From positions 1,792,001 through 1,856,000 of the forward strand of contig OZ241322.1 in NCBI GenBank assembly GCA_965199715.1: a DNA stretch of 64,000 bases, in the 5' to 3' direction. Position numbers and translations under genes: made by a program. Below are positions 1-9,525 of the stretch, one piece after another (within the stretch, counting starts at the first letter, position 1; every line of letters starts with the position of its first letter). Source of the stretch: Vicinamibacteria bacterium (GTDB lineage: Bacteria; Acidobacteriota; Vicinamibacteria; Marinacidobacterales; Marinacidobacteraceae). The notes beneath the pieces were generated by a model, which was not told the origin of the DNA, did not search any database, and saw only the letters and a list, made by a program, of their open reading frames with translations.

Positions 1-255
1 CTCGACAGCCTCGGCTGGGTGCAGTACCAGCGCGGGGCGATCGACGAGGCCGAGCCCAACCTGCTGCAGGCGGCGCGCTGCATGCCGCGGAACGCGGTCG
101 TGCTGGACCACCTCGGCGACCTGTACCGGGATCGGGGGGATTCCGAGTCGGCGGTCCGCTACTGGCGGCGGGCGCTCCAGCACGACGACGAGGACGAGCT
201 CGACGACGAAGCCGTGGCGGGGAAGATCCGGGAGGCGGAACCGGACTCCGAGTGA
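1..255 (+). CDS. TPR-repeat protein, C-terminal part (truncated by window start)
   Basis: Frame 1 reads LDSLGWVQYQRG..AEPNL..A..VVLDHLGDLY..G..A..YWRRAL, the TPR pattern of the protein usually found upstream of lolB/ispE. Confidence 0.8.
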   Translation, partial: LDSLGWVQYQRGAIDEAEPNLLQAARCMPRNAVVLDHLGDLYRDRGDSESAVRYWRRALQHDDEDELDDEAVAGKIREAEPDSE

Positions 256-992
256 TCCCGCGATCGCTCGCGCCGCCGGCGCTCGTTCTGGCCGCGCTCG
301 CGTCCGGCTGCGGACGCTCGGTTCCGCCGCCCGCGCCGCCCGTAACCGGGGAAGCGGCGGCCGGCCTCGTCGCCTCGGCGGCGACCCGCGCCGGGGGCAT
401 CCGCCGCTACCAGTCCGTCGTCGAAATGCGCGGCGAGGGTCGCGACGGCCGTTTCTCGGCCCGGATGCTCGTCGTCTTCGAGCGGCCGCCGGAGACATCC
501 GATCCCGCGGCCGTGGAACGGCTGCGGATGGAGCTCTTCGGCGCCGCCGGCGGCTCCCGGTGGACGCTCGTCGCGGCACCGGACGGCGTCCGGGCCGTCG
601 TTCCCCGGCGGCGCGCCTGGGCCGAGGACGTTTCGCTCGTCGCGTTCACCGGTCCCCTGCTCGGGGTCGAGGTGGGCGCCCGGGAGGTGGCCGCGATCCT
701 CGCCGGGACCGGCGCGCCGCTGCCGGGCGGCGGGAGCGGCCTCTTCTGGCGCGGCGAGCGGGTGGCGCGGGCGGCGACTCCCCAGTACGAGGTCCGTTAC
801 GCGGACGGCGACGCGTGGCCGCCCCGAGCGTTCGAGGTGCTCGCGCCGGAGCTGCGGGTCGCGATGGAGATCGACGAGCTGCGGGCGAACGCCGCGCTGC
901 ACCCGGATTCGTTCCGGCTGCGGATTCCGCCCGGATTCCGCCGCGTCCCGGTCGCGGACCTCGTCCGGGACGTCGGGCTCGAGGATCGCTGA
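252..992 (+). CDS. Putative lipoprotein, LolB/LolA-like by position and composition
   Basis: Signal peptide with lipobox LASGC; beta-strand-rich; lies between the TPR gene and ispE. Confidence 0.55.
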   Translation: MIPRSLAPPALVLAALASGCGRSVPPPAPPVTGEAAAGLVASAATRAGGIRRYQSVVEMRGEGRDGRFSARMLVVFERPPETSDPAAVERLRMELFGAAGGSRWTLVAAPDGVRAVVPRRRAWAEDVSLVAFTGPLLGVEVGAREVAAILAGTGAPLPGGGSGLFWRGERVARAATPQYEVRYADGDAWPPRAFEVLAPELRVAMEIDELRANAALHPDSFRLRIPPGFRRVPVADLVRDVGLEDR

Positions 993-997
993 CCGCC

Positions 998-1882
998 GTG
1001 TCCCGCCTTCGGATCGAGGTTCCGGCGAAGGTGAACCTCGGCCTGCGGGTGCTCGGTCGGCGCACCGACGGCTACCACCGCCTCCGCACGCTACTCGTCG
1101 GGATCGACCTGCGGGACTCCCTCACGTTCGAGCCCGGCGGCGACGGCGTCACGCTGGAATGCGACGACCCCACGCTTCCGGTGGACGACGGGAACCTCGT
1201 GCTCCGGGCGGCCGCGCTGCTCGGGCCCGGGCGGTCGGCGCGGATCCGGCTGGAGAAGCGGATTCCCGCCGGCCGCGGGCTTGGCGGGGGCAGCGCCGAC
1301 GCCGCGGGAACGCTCGTCGCGTTGAACCGGATCTGGAACCTCGGCCTGCGCGAGCGGGAGCTCGGGGCGCTCGCGGCCCGGATCGGCATGGACGTTCCCT
1401 ACTTCCTCGAAGGCGGCGCGGCGCTCGGCGTCGGGCGGGGCGAGGCGCTCTATCCGCTCGGCGCGGACCCCGAACTCCACCTCGCGCTCGTGCTTCCGTC
1501 GTTCGGAATCTCGACCCCGGACGCCTATCGGGGCCTCGTTGGTAAAGTTCCCGCCCCGTCGGACCCGGAGCCCTCCGGCGACGTCGTCGTCTCCGGTCTT
1601 GGGCGCGTGCGCCTCGCCAACGACCTCGAGCGTTCGGAGGCGCTGGCCCGCTGCCCGAACCCCCATGCGGTACCGCACATCAGGAGCGCGCTCGCCTCGG
1701 CCGGGGCTCTCGCGTCCGCGATGTCGGGAAGCGGGTCCGCGGTGTTCGGGGTGTTCGCCGACCGGGAGGCCGCCCGCCGGGGGGCCGCGGAATTGACCGG
1801 GCGGGGGATGCGGGCGCTGCCGGTCCGGACGTTGTCGCGCCGGGAGCACCTGGCGGGGCTCGCGGGGACCCTGGTTCCGTGA
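998..1882 (+). CDS. ispE: 4-diphosphocytidyl-2-C-methyl-D-erythritol kinase
   Basis: PAKVNLGL, GYH, KRIPAGRGLGGGSADAA (GHMP motif), MSGSGS; GTG at 998 (in-frame CTG at 989). Confidence 0.95.
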   Translation: MSRLRIEVPAKVNLGLRVLGRRTDGYHRLRTLLVGIDLRDSLTFEPGGDGVTLECDDPTLPVDDGNLVLRAAALLGPGRSARIRLEKRIPAGRGLGGGSADAAGTLVALNRIWNLGLRERELGALAARIGMDVPYFLEGGAALGVGRGEALYPLGADPELHLALVLPSFGISTPDAYRGLVGKVPAPSDPEPSGDVVVSGLGRVRLANDLERSEALARCPNPHAVPHIRSALASAGALASAMSGSGSAVFGVFADREAARRGAAELTGRGMRALPVRTLSRREHLAGLAGTLVP

Positions 1883-1894
1883 GGGTCCCGCAGA

Positions 1895-1966
1895 TGGGGC
1901 GTGGCCGAGTGGTTAGGCGCCGGGTTTTGGTTCCGGTTCACGAGGGTTCGAGTCCTTCCGCCCCAG
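1895..1966 (+). tRNA. tRNA-Gln(TTG), CCA not encoded
   Basis: Acceptor stem TGGGGCG/CGCCCCA; anticodon arm CCGGG-TTTTGGT-TCCGG; T loop TTCGAGT; usual position between ispE and prs. Confidence 0.93.
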
Positions 1967-1979
1967 CCCCCGCGAGGCG

Positions 1980-2960
1980 ATGACCGCCGCAAGCGAGAGC
2001 CGCTTCCCCTACCGGGGGCCGCTCATGGTCTTCGGGGGCAGCTCGAACCCGGAGCTCGCCGCCGAGATCGTGCGCCACCTCGGCATCACGGCCGGAAAGA
2101 TCGCGCTCGGGCGGTTCCGAGACGGCGAGGCGCGTATCCAGATCCACGACAACGTGCGCGGCGGCGACGTGTTCGTGGTCCAGTCCACCCAACCGCCGGT
2201 CGCCGAAAACCTGATGGAGCTCCTGCTCATCGTGGACGCGCTGAAGCGGGCGTCGGCGGCGCGCATCACCGCGGTGATTCCCTACTACGGCTACGCCCGG
2301 CAGGACCGCAAGGACCGGCCCCGGGTGCCGATCTCCGCGAAGCTCGTGGCCGATCTGCTGACCGTCGCGGGCGTGGACCGGGTGATCGCGCTCGACCTCC
2401 ACGCCGGCCAGCTTCAGGGGTACTTCAACATCCCGGTGGACCACCTGTTCGCGGCTCCGGTCATGCTTGAGCGGATCGAGGCGCTCGGCCTGCGGAACCC
2501 CATCGTGGTCTCGCCGGACGCCGGCGGGGTCGAACGGGCGCGGGCGTTCGCCAAGCACCTCGGAGTGGGCATCGCGGTCATGGACAAGCGGCGCGGGGCC
2601 GAGGGCGAGGTCGAGACCATGCACGTGGTCGGAGACGTCCGGGACCGGGCGGGGGTCCTCGTGGACGACATCGTGGACTCGGGCGGGACGCTGCTGCGCG
2701 CGGTGGACGCGCTGCTCGAGGCCGGGGCCACGCGGGTGATCGCGGCGTGCACCCACGGGGTGCTCTCGGGGAACGCGGTGGAGCGGCTCGAGGGGAGCAA
2801 GCTGGAGCGCCTGATCGTGGGCGACACGATCCGCATCCCCATGGAGCAGCGGCAGGCGAGCGCCCGTCTCGAAGTCCTCTCGGTGGCCGCGCTGCTGGCG
2901 CGGGCCATCGAGAGCGTGCACGGCCAAACGTCGGTGAGCCGCCTCTTCGTCATCGCCTGA
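1980..2960 (+). CDS. prs: Ribose-phosphate pyrophosphokinase
   Basis: FRDGE, PYYGYARQDRK, DLHAGQLQG, VSPDAGG, LVDDIVDSGGT. Confidence 0.97.
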   Translation: MTAASESRFPYRGPLMVFGGSSNPELAAEIVRHLGITAGKIALGRFRDGEARIQIHDNVRGGDVFVVQSTQPPVAENLMELLLIVDALKRASAARITAVIPYYGYARQDRKDRPRVPISAKLVADLLTVAGVDRVIALDLHAGQLQGYFNIPVDHLFAAPVMLERIEALGLRNPIVVSPDAGGVERARAFAKHLGVGIAVMDKRRGAEGEVETMHVVGDVRDRAGVLVDDIVDSGGTLLRAVDALLEAGATRVIAACTHGVLSGNAVERLEGSKLERLIVGDTIRIPMEQRQASARLEVLSVAALLARAIESVHGQTSVSRLFVIA

Positions 2961-2966
2961 TAGAAT
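2958..2966 (+). promoter_or_regulatory. Putative extended -10 promoter (TGaTAGAAT) for rplY, overlapping the prs stop codon
   Basis: TGn-TAGAAT is an AT-rich patch in GC-rich DNA, followed by an about 105 nt leader. Confidence 0.55.
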
Positions 2967-3077
2967 CCCACGTTCGCCGCGCGAAGGTCGGCGCTCGGAG
3001 CTGAATTCCGGGAGGACCGGCCCATTCGTCCGACGCCCGCGCCGGCGCTTCCCTTCGCACCTCAGAGGCTTCTGTCC

Positions 3078-3695
3078 ATGGCATCCGTATCCGTTCCGGC
3101 TTGGCCCCGCGACGCCGCGGGGAAGGGAAACAGCCGCCGCCTTCGCCGGGCGGGCAAGATCCCCGCGGTCGTGTACGGCGGTCTCGCCGGCGCCCGCTCG
3201 CTCGCCATGTCCCCCGGCGACGTCCGCGACATCGTGCGCTCCGAGCGCGGGGTCAACACGATCTTCACCCTCGCGATCGAAGGTGAGTCCGCCGCCGAGC
3301 AGGTGATGATCCACGACTTCCAGCTCCACCCGTTGGACCACTCGGTGCTGCACGCAGACCTGATGCGGGTGGATCCCGACCGCGCGAGCGAGTGGACGGT
3401 GCCGGTGCACCTGAAGGGCGAGTCTCCCGGCGTGAAACGGGGCGGGCACCTCGACTTCATCACCCGCGCCATCCGGGTCACCGCGCGCCCCCACGACATC
3501 CCCGCCGAGCTCGCCGTGGACGTCTCCTCGCTCGACTTCGGCGACACCGTTCGGGCGGGCGAGATCCCGATGCCCGAGGGCTCCGTCCTCGCGTCGGACC
3601 CGGGGGTGGTCGTGCTCCACGTCAAGGCCCCCAGGGTGGCGGACCAGGAGACCGAAGAGGAAACTGAAGAAGCCGCCGAGGAGGAGGGGAGCTGA
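3078..3695 (+). CDS. rplY: 50S ribosomal protein bL25 (Ctc-type)
   Basis: GKGNSRRLRRAGKIPAVVYG, HADL, VPVHLKGESPGVKRGG, acidic tail. Confidence 0.95.
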   Translation: MASVSVPAWPRDAAGKGNSRRLRRAGKIPAVVYGGLAGARSLAMSPGDVRDIVRSERGVNTIFTLAIEGESAAEQVMIHDFQLHPLDHSVLHADLMRVDPDRASEWTVPVHLKGESPGVKRGGHLDFITRAIRVTARPHDIPAELAVDVSSLDFGDTVRAGEIPMPEGSVLASDPGVVVLHVKAPRVADQETEEETEEAAEEEGS

Positions 3696-4330
3696 ACCGC
3701 TCCGCCTTCGGGCCCGAACCGCCCGCCGCAGCGCCCGGCCCCGAGGTCGCCGCCCACGCGTCCATCCGGCTGGTGGTCGGGCTCGGCAACCCCGGTTCCC
3801 GCTACGACCGCACCCGGCACAACATCGGGTTCGACGCGGTGGCCGAGGTTCTCGAGAACCGGACGGTCACCCGCCGCCACTTCGAGGGCGGCGACCTCGT
3901 CGAGACCGAGATCGGCGGTCGCCCGGTCCTGTTCCTGTGTCCCGGCGGGTACATGAACCGCAGCGGCGGTCCGGTGCTGCGCGCGCTGCAGTCGCATCGG
4001 CTGCCGCCGCAGGCCGCGCTCGTGATCTGCGACGACTACGCATTGCCGCTCGGAGCCGTGCGCTCCCGGCGCCGCGGCAGCGACGGCGGCCACAACGGCC
4101 TCGCATCCGTCTTCGGCGCGCTTCGGACCACCGACGTGCCCCGGATGCGGCTCGGCGTCGGCGCGCCGCCCCCCGGCGGCGACCCCGCCGACTACGTCCT
4201 CGCCCCCTTCGAGCCGGAGGAGGCCGAACTCCGCCGGGACCTGCTGGTCCGGGCGGCCGCCGCCGTCGTGGCCGCGATCGGGGAAGGCCTCGACGTCGCC
4301 ATGAACCGGTACAACCGAACGTCCGCATGA
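3692..4330 (+). CDS. pth: Peptidyl-tRNA hydrolase (start uncertain: CTG 3692, CTG 3770 or GTG 3773)
   Basis: LVVGLGNPG, TRHNIGF, YMNRSG, GSDGGHNGL, YVL. Confidence 0.93.
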   Translation: MNRSAFGPEPPAAAPGPEVAAHASIRLVVGLGNPGSRYDRTRHNIGFDAVAEVLENRTVTRRHFEGGDLVETEIGGRPVLFLCPGGYMNRSGGPVLRALQSHRLPPQAALVICDDYALPLGAVRSRRRGSDGGHNGLASVFGALRTTDVPRMRLGVGAPPPGGDPADYVLAPFEPEEAELRRDLLVRAAAAVVAAIGEGLDVAMNRYNRTSA

Positions 4331-4358
4331 GCGAACGCCGATCAGGAGACGGCGCCCG

Positions 4359-4775
4359 ATGAGAGCCTACGAATTCATGTTCATCCTCGACCCCACGCTG
4401 GATGACGCCGCGTCGCTTGCGGTCGTCGAGCGGGTGGAAGGGATCATCCAGGCCCGGGGCGGCGAGGTCGTCAGCCTCAAGCCCTGGGAGCGCCGGCGCC
4501 TCGCCTACGCCATCGACGGGCATCAGGAGGGGCTGTACATGCTGTGCTACTTCGACGCGCAGCCGGACGTGATCGACGCGATCGAGTCGCGCGTCCGCCT
4601 CGCCGAGGGAGTCATCCGGTTCCTGATCCTGCGGATCGACGAGGAGACGAGGGAGCGCGACCAGGCGGCGGACCTGAAGCGGCGCGAGGAGCGCGCCCAG
4701 GCGGCGGCCGAGGCCGCAGCCGCTGCGGAAGCGGAGGCCGGGAACGAAGCCCCGAAGGAGACTGAGGCGTCATGA
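4359..4775 (+). CDS. rpsF: 30S ribosomal protein bS6
   Basis: [30 protein letters not shown]. Confidence 0.95.
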   Translation: MRAYEFMFILDPTLDDAASLAVVERVEGIIQARGGEVVSLKPWERRRLAYAIDGHQEGLYMLCYFDAQPDVIDAIESRVRLAEGVIRFLILRIDEETRERDQAADLKRREERAQAAAEAAAAAEAEAGNEAPKETEAS

Positions 4776-5014
4776 GCGAACCCACGAAGACCCCGAGGCG
4801 TCGCCCGCGCGGCTCCCGCCGCACGCGCGTGAATCCGATCCTGAACGGCGTGGACCGGGTGGACTGGAAGGACGTGGACTTCCTTCGCGAGTTCATCGGC
4901 GACCGCGGGAAGATCTCCTCCCGCCGCGTCTCCCGCGCCAGCGCCCGGACCCAGCGTCAGATCCGGATCGCGATCAAGCGCGCGCGCCAGATGGCGCTGC
5001 TGCCGTACTCCTGA
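4772..5014 (+). CDS. rpsR: 30S ribosomal protein bS18 (form without Zn-binding cysteines)
   Basis: VDWKD..L..FI..RGKI..RR..QR....AIKRAR.MALLPY. Confidence 0.95.
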   Translation: MSEPTKTPRRRPRGSRRTRVNPILNGVDRVDWKDVDFLREFIGDRGKISSRRVSRASARTQRQIRIAIKRARQMALLPYS

Positions 5015-5025
5015 GGAGCGTTCCC

Positions 5026-5556
5026 ATGCGCCTGCTGCTGAAGAAGCCGGTCGAATCGCTGGGCGAGCCCGGCGACGAGGTCACCGTGAAGCCCGGATAC
5101 GCGCGCAACTTCCTGTTGCCCCGCGGATTCGCGACCTTCATCACCGAGCGGACCCGCCGCGAGGCGGAGGAGGCCCGCAAGACGTGGGCGATCCAGCGCG
5201 TCCAGGATCTCGACGCCGCCAAGGCGCTGCGGGATTCGATGGCTGACCTCAGCCTCCGCTTCGAGCGGCGGGTGAAGACCGGCACCGAGGAGCTCTACGG
5301 CTCGGTCTCGGTGCAGGATGTCGCGAAGGAGCTGCGCAGCGCCGGCTTCGACATCGCGCGGAACCGGGTCATCATGGGCCGGCCCATCAAGACCCTCGGA
5401 GCGACCGAGGTTCGGATCCGCCTCCACCATGAAGTGGAGGTCGCGCTTCCCGTCGAGGTGATCGCATCCGCCGCCTCGTCTCTCGGCGTCTTCGAGCCGG
5501 CGGTTCCGCCGCCTGCGCCCGCCGACGCCGGAGAGGAAGCCTTCCCGACCGATTGA
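5026..5556 (+). CDS. rplI: 50S ribosomal protein bL9
   Basis: LGEPGDEVTVKPGYARNFLLP, LYGSVS, PIKTLG, RLH. Confidence 0.96.
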   Translation: MRLLLKKPVESLGEPGDEVTVKPGYARNFLLPRGFATFITERTRREAEEARKTWAIQRVQDLDAAKALRDSMADLSLRFERRVKTGTEELYGSVSVQDVAKELRSAGFDIARNRVIMGRPIKTLGATEVRIRLHHEVEVALPVEVIASAASSLGVFEPAVPPPAPADAGEEAFPTD

Positions 5557-6977
5557 CCCCTGCCGAGGGGGGCGCGGCGCCGGCGCCCGAGGTGGAGCGC
5601 GCGGTGCTCGCCGCGGTCCTGGTGGATCCGCTTCAGTTGGATTCGGTGCTCCAGCACGTCGCGGAGAGCGGAGTCGATTTCCTGGACGAGCGCCACAAGC
5701 GCGTCTTCCAGGCGATTTGCGGCCTCGACCGCGACGGCGAGGGGAAATCCATCGACCTCGTCACCGTAGCCGACCGGCTCCAGCAGACCGGAAACCTCGA
5801 GGCGATCGGCGGAAGCCAGTTCCTCCTCGACCTCACCGCCGGGGTCAGCGTCTCGACGAACGCCGAGGGCTACGCGAGGGCCGTCCGCCAGCACTCGCAA
5901 CGGCGGAAGCTGGCCGGTTTCGCGGCGAAGGTGTCCGAGGCGGCGAAGAAGGCGCCGCCCGCCGAGACGCTCGAGATGGCGGAAAAGGAGCTCTTCTCGA
6001 TCGCCGAGGGCGCGCACGACGCTCCCCCGGTCCTCATCGAATCGGAAGTCGCGCGGCTCTCGGACGAGGCGGACCGGGAGCGGAAGGCCGCCGGGGTCAG
6101 CACCGGATTCCGCGAGCTCGACGACCTGACCGTCAGGCTCAAGAAATCGGACCTGATCCTCGTCGGCGGCCGGCCGGGCGAGGGCAAGACCAGCCTCGGG
6201 TTGAACATCGCGCTGAACGCCGCTCTCGACGGCCACACCGTGCTCATCTTCAGCCTCGAGATGCCGCTCCGGCAGATCGTGGTGCGCCTGCTCTTCTCCG
6301 AGGCGGAAGTGGACACGAAACACCTCCAGAAGAGCGGACGCCTGGGGGGTGAGCAGATTCGCAAGGTGCGGGCGGCCGCCAAACGCATCCGGAAGGCGCC
6401 GGTGTTCGTGGACGACTCGAACGTGACTCCGGTGGAGCTGCGCTCGAAGGCCCGCCAACTGAGTCGCGAGCGCAACGGGCTCGACCTCATCGTCGTGGAC
6501 TATCTCCAGCTCATGAGCGGCGCCGAGCCGGGCAGGGGTCGGTTCGAGAGCCGCACGCTCGAGATCGCCGCCATCAGCCGGGGGCTGAAGCTGCTGGCGC
6601 GCGAGCTGGACTGCCCGATCCTCGCGCTGTCCCAACTGAACCGCGCCAAGGAGCAGGGCAGCGAGTTCGCCCCGCCGCGTCTGTCGCATCTGAGGGAATC
6701 GGGAGCGCTGGAGCAGGACGCCGACATCGTGCTGCTGCTGCACCGGCCCCGCCAGAAAAAGGCCGCGTCCGACGAGGCCGAGGACGAGGACCGCCGGGAC
6801 GCGCGGCAGATCCGGCAGGTGATCGTGGCCAAGAACCGGAACGGACGCACGGGCACTGCGGAACTCGCATGGATGGCCGAGTACACCCGCTTCGCCTCGC
6901 GGGATCCCTCGGTCGAGGATCGCCCGTTCGCGGACTACGAAGAGTTCACGGCGCCCGACGACGCGACGGACTTCTGA
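5553..6977 (+). CDS. dnaB: Replicative DNA helicase
   Basis: STGFRELD, GGRPGEGKT, FSLEM, VDYLQL, LSQLNR, LRESGALEQDAD, KNRNG. Confidence 0.96.
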   Translation: MTPAEGGAAPAPEVERAVLAAVLVDPLQLDSVLQHVAESGVDFLDERHKRVFQAICGLDRDGEGKSIDLVTVADRLQQTGNLEAIGGSQFLLDLTAGVSVSTNAEGYARAVRQHSQRRKLAGFAAKVSEAAKKAPPAETLEMAEKELFSIAEGAHDAPPVLIESEVARLSDEADRERKAAGVSTGFRELDDLTVRLKKSDLILVGGRPGEGKTSLGLNIALNAALDGHTVLIFSLEMPLRQIVVRLLFSEAEVDTKHLQKSGRLGGEQIRKVRAAAKRIRKAPVFVDDSNVTPVELRSKARQLSRERNGLDLIVVDYLQLMSGAEPGRGRFESRTLEIAAISRGLKLLARELDCPILALSQLNRAKEQGSEFAPPRLSHLRESGALEQDADIVLLLHRPRQKKAASDEAEDEDRRDARQIRQVIVAKNRNGRTGTAELAWMAEYTRFASRDPSVEDRPFADYEEFTAPDDATDF

Positions 6978-6979
6978 GC

Positions 6980-8359
6980 TTGGCCAGGAGGGCTCGGTCC
7001 CGGTACGTCTGCCAGGAGTGCGGCCAGGAGCACGCCCGCTGGGCGGGATACTGCTCCGCGTGCGGCGTTCGGGAGCCTCTCGTGGAAGAGACCGCCGCCC
7101 CGACCGACGCGAAGGGCGGCTGGCGCGCGCTCCGCGACGTCCAGGGCGCTTCGGCCCCGGCGCCGTGGGACGACGTGGCCACCGTGGAGCAACCCCGCCG
7201 GGCGAGCGGCGTTCCCGAACTGGACCGGGTGCTGGGCGGGGGGATCGTGCCCGGATCCGCGGTGCTGGTGTCGGGGGAGCCGGGGGCGGGGAAGAGCACG
7301 CTCCTGCTCCAGCTCGCCGCGGCCGCGGCGAGGAACGGCGACTCCGTGCTCTACGTGAGCGGCGAGGAGTCCGAGCACCAGTTGAAGCTCCGGGGGGAAC
7401 GGCTCGGGATGCGCCCCCGGTCGCTGCTGCTGTTCTCCGAGACGAACATGGCCGCGATCCTCGAGGCGCTTCGCTCGGTCTCGCCCACGCTGGTCGTCCT
7501 CGACTCGATCCAGTGCGTCTTCCAGCCGGAGATCACGAGCGCTCCGGGGACGGTCACCCAGGTCCGCGAGTCGGCGGCGGCGCTCGTGCTCTACGCCAAG
7601 ACCCACGCGGTCCCCGTCTTCCTCGTCGGGCACGTGAACAAGGAGGGCGCCCTCGCCGGCCCCCGCACGCTCGAGCACCTGGTCGATACGGTGGCGCACT
7701 TCGAGGGCGACCGGCGGCAGTCGCACCGGCTGCTTCGGTCCATCAAGAACCGGTTCGGAGCGGCCGGGGAGCTTGGAGTCTTCGACATGACCGACCGCGG
7801 CCTCGTTCCGGTCGAGAATCCGTCGCGTCTCTTCCTTCCCGAGGATGAGACCGCCCATCCCGGCTCGGCGGTGGTGTGCACGATGGAGGGGACCCGCCCC
7901 TTGCTGGCCGAGATTCAGGCGCTCCTCGCCGACAGCCCGCTCGCGTACCCGCGGCGGGTCACCGTGGGGTTCGATTCGGGCCGGCTCGCGGTGCTCCTCG
8001 CGGTGCTCGAGAACACGATCTCGACCGGAGGCGGCCTCGCCCGGCTGGACGTGTACGTCTCGGTGACCGGCGGGCTCGCGGTCAGCGAGCCGGCGGCGGA
8101 CCTCGGCCTGCTCGCGGCGATCGTCTCGCGGCGGCAGGGGGTGGCGCTCCCGCCGCGCACGGTGCTTCTCGGGGAAGTGGGGCTCTCCGGCGAGGTCCGT
8201 CCGGTGCACCAGCCGGGGTCGCGCCTGCGCGAGGCGCGTCGGCTCGGATTCGAGGCGGCGATGCTGAACGTCTCGAACCTGCGGTCCACGGAAGTTCCGA
8301 AGGGCATGGACATCTCGCCGGTGAACGGGCTGGCCGAGACGCTGGACCGGATCCAATGA
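6980..8359 (+). CDS. radA: DNA repair protein RadA/Sms
   Basis: CxxC..CxxC zinc finger, GEPGAGKST, KNRFG, Lon-like C-terminus; TTG at 6980. Confidence 0.96.
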   Translation: MARRARSRYVCQECGQEHARWAGYCSACGVREPLVEETAAPTDAKGGWRALRDVQGASAPAPWDDVATVEQPRRASGVPELDRVLGGGIVPGSAVLVSGEPGAGKSTLLLQLAAAAARNGDSVLYVSGEESEHQLKLRGERLGMRPRSLLLFSETNMAAILEALRSVSPTLVVLDSIQCVFQPEITSAPGTVTQVRESAAALVLYAKTHAVPVFLVGHVNKEGALAGPRTLEHLVDTVAHFEGDRRQSHRLLRSIKNRFGAAGELGVFDMTDRGLVPVENPSRLFLPEDETAHPGSAVVCTMEGTRPLLAEIQALLADSPLAYPRRVTVGFDSGRLAVLLAVLENTISTGGGLARLDVYVSVTGGLAVSEPAADLGLLAAIVSRRQGVALPPRTVLLGEVGLSGEVRPVHQPGSRLREARRLGFEAAMLNVSNLRSTEVPKGMDISPVNGLAETLDRIQ

Positions 8360-9525
8360 GCCTTCGAGTCGGCGCAGTCGTCGTCGCGGCCGGCGCGGGA
8401 ACCCGGTTCGGGGCCGAGACCCCGAAGCAATTCCTGACGCTCGCCGGCGCGCCCGTGGCCGCGCACTCGGTGCGCGCCTTCCAATCCCTTGCGGAGGTGC
8501 GCGAGATCGTCGCGGTCCTGCCGGCGGACGGATTCGACTGCTGGAAGGGGGTGGCGGCGCCGTTCCTCGAGGGCGCCCGGCTCGTTCCGGGCGGCGCCAC
8601 CCGCCAGGAGTCGGTGGGCCTCGGGGTCGCGGCGCTCGACGGGCCGTTCGACCTGATCGCGGTGCATGACGCCGCCCGGCCCGGAGCGGACCCCGACCTC
8701 ATCCGGCGCGTCTTCGCCGCGGCCGCCGAGAGCGGCGCGGCGCTCCCCGCGCTGCGCCCTCCGGACACGCTGTGGAGCGCCGACGGCGACGAGGCGCACG
8801 CGGTCGTGGACCGGGACCGGGTGCGCGCCGCGCAGACGCCGCAGTGCTTCGTTCCCGAGGTGCTTTCGGAGGCGATGGACCGGGCGCGGCGCGACGGGTT
8901 CTCCGGCAGCGACGAGGCGACCCTCGTCCGCCGCGCCGGGCGCCCGGTCCGTCTCGTCGAGGGCAGCGCGCGGAACCTGAAGGTGACGCGGCCCGAGGAT
9001 CTGGACATGATCCGCAGAGTGTTCGCGGGGAAGGAACGTCCGTCGCGCGTCGGCTCCGGCTGGGACGTGCATCGCTTCGCCGACGCCGCCGGCCCGCGCC
9101 CGCTCATGCTTGGCGGCGCGGCCTTCCCCGGGGAGCCGCCGCTCGTCGGGCATTCGGACGGGGACGCGCTGCTGCATGCGGTCACCGACGCGATCTTGGG
9201 GGCCGTGGCGGCGGGCGACATCGGCGGCCTGTTTCCGTCGTCGGACGAGGCGCTGCGGGGCGCCGCGAGCGAACGCTTCGTCCGCCGCGCGCTCGAAGTC
9301 GCCCTCGAAGCCGGCTACCGGCCGGGGCAGGCGGACCTGACCGTGATCGCGAACCGGCCGCGCCTCGCGCCCCGCGCGGCGGAGATTCGGGAGCGCATCG
9401 CAGCGCTTCTCGGCATTCCGCTGGACGCGGTCGGCCTGAAGGCCACCACGACCGACGGCTTGGGGTTCGCCGGCCGCGGCGAGGGCCTCGCCGCGCAGGC
9501 GCTCGTCCGGATGGATCCCGCGTGA
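8356..9525 (+). CDS. ispDF: Bifunctional IspD/IspF
   Basis: AAGAGTRFG..PKQF, HDAARP, AQTPQ, NLKVT, then GWDVHRF, GHSDGDALLHA, GDIG, KATT. Confidence 0.93.
   Translation: MSLRVGAVVVAAGAGTRFGAETPKQFLTLAGAPVAAHSVRAFQSLAEVREIVAVLPADGFDCWKGVAAPFLEGARLVPGGATRQESVGLGVAALDGPFDLIAVHDAARPGADPDLIRRVFAAAAESGAALPALRPPDTLWSADGDEAHAVVDRDRVRAAQTPQCFVPEVLSEAMDRARRDGFSGSDEATLVRRAGRPVRLVEGSARNLKVTRPEDLDMIRRVFAGKERPSRVGSGWDVHRFADAAGPRPLMLGGAAFPGEPPLVGHSDGDALLHAVTDAILGAVAAGDIGGLFPSSDEALRGAASERFVRRALEVALEAGYRPGQADLTVIANRPRLAPRAAEIRERIAALLGIPLDAVGLKATTTDGLGFAGRGEGLAAQALVRMDPA

Noticed and set aside
8356-9525. IspD-IspF fusion as a novelty
   Set aside because: Bifunctional IspDF is well known in several phyla
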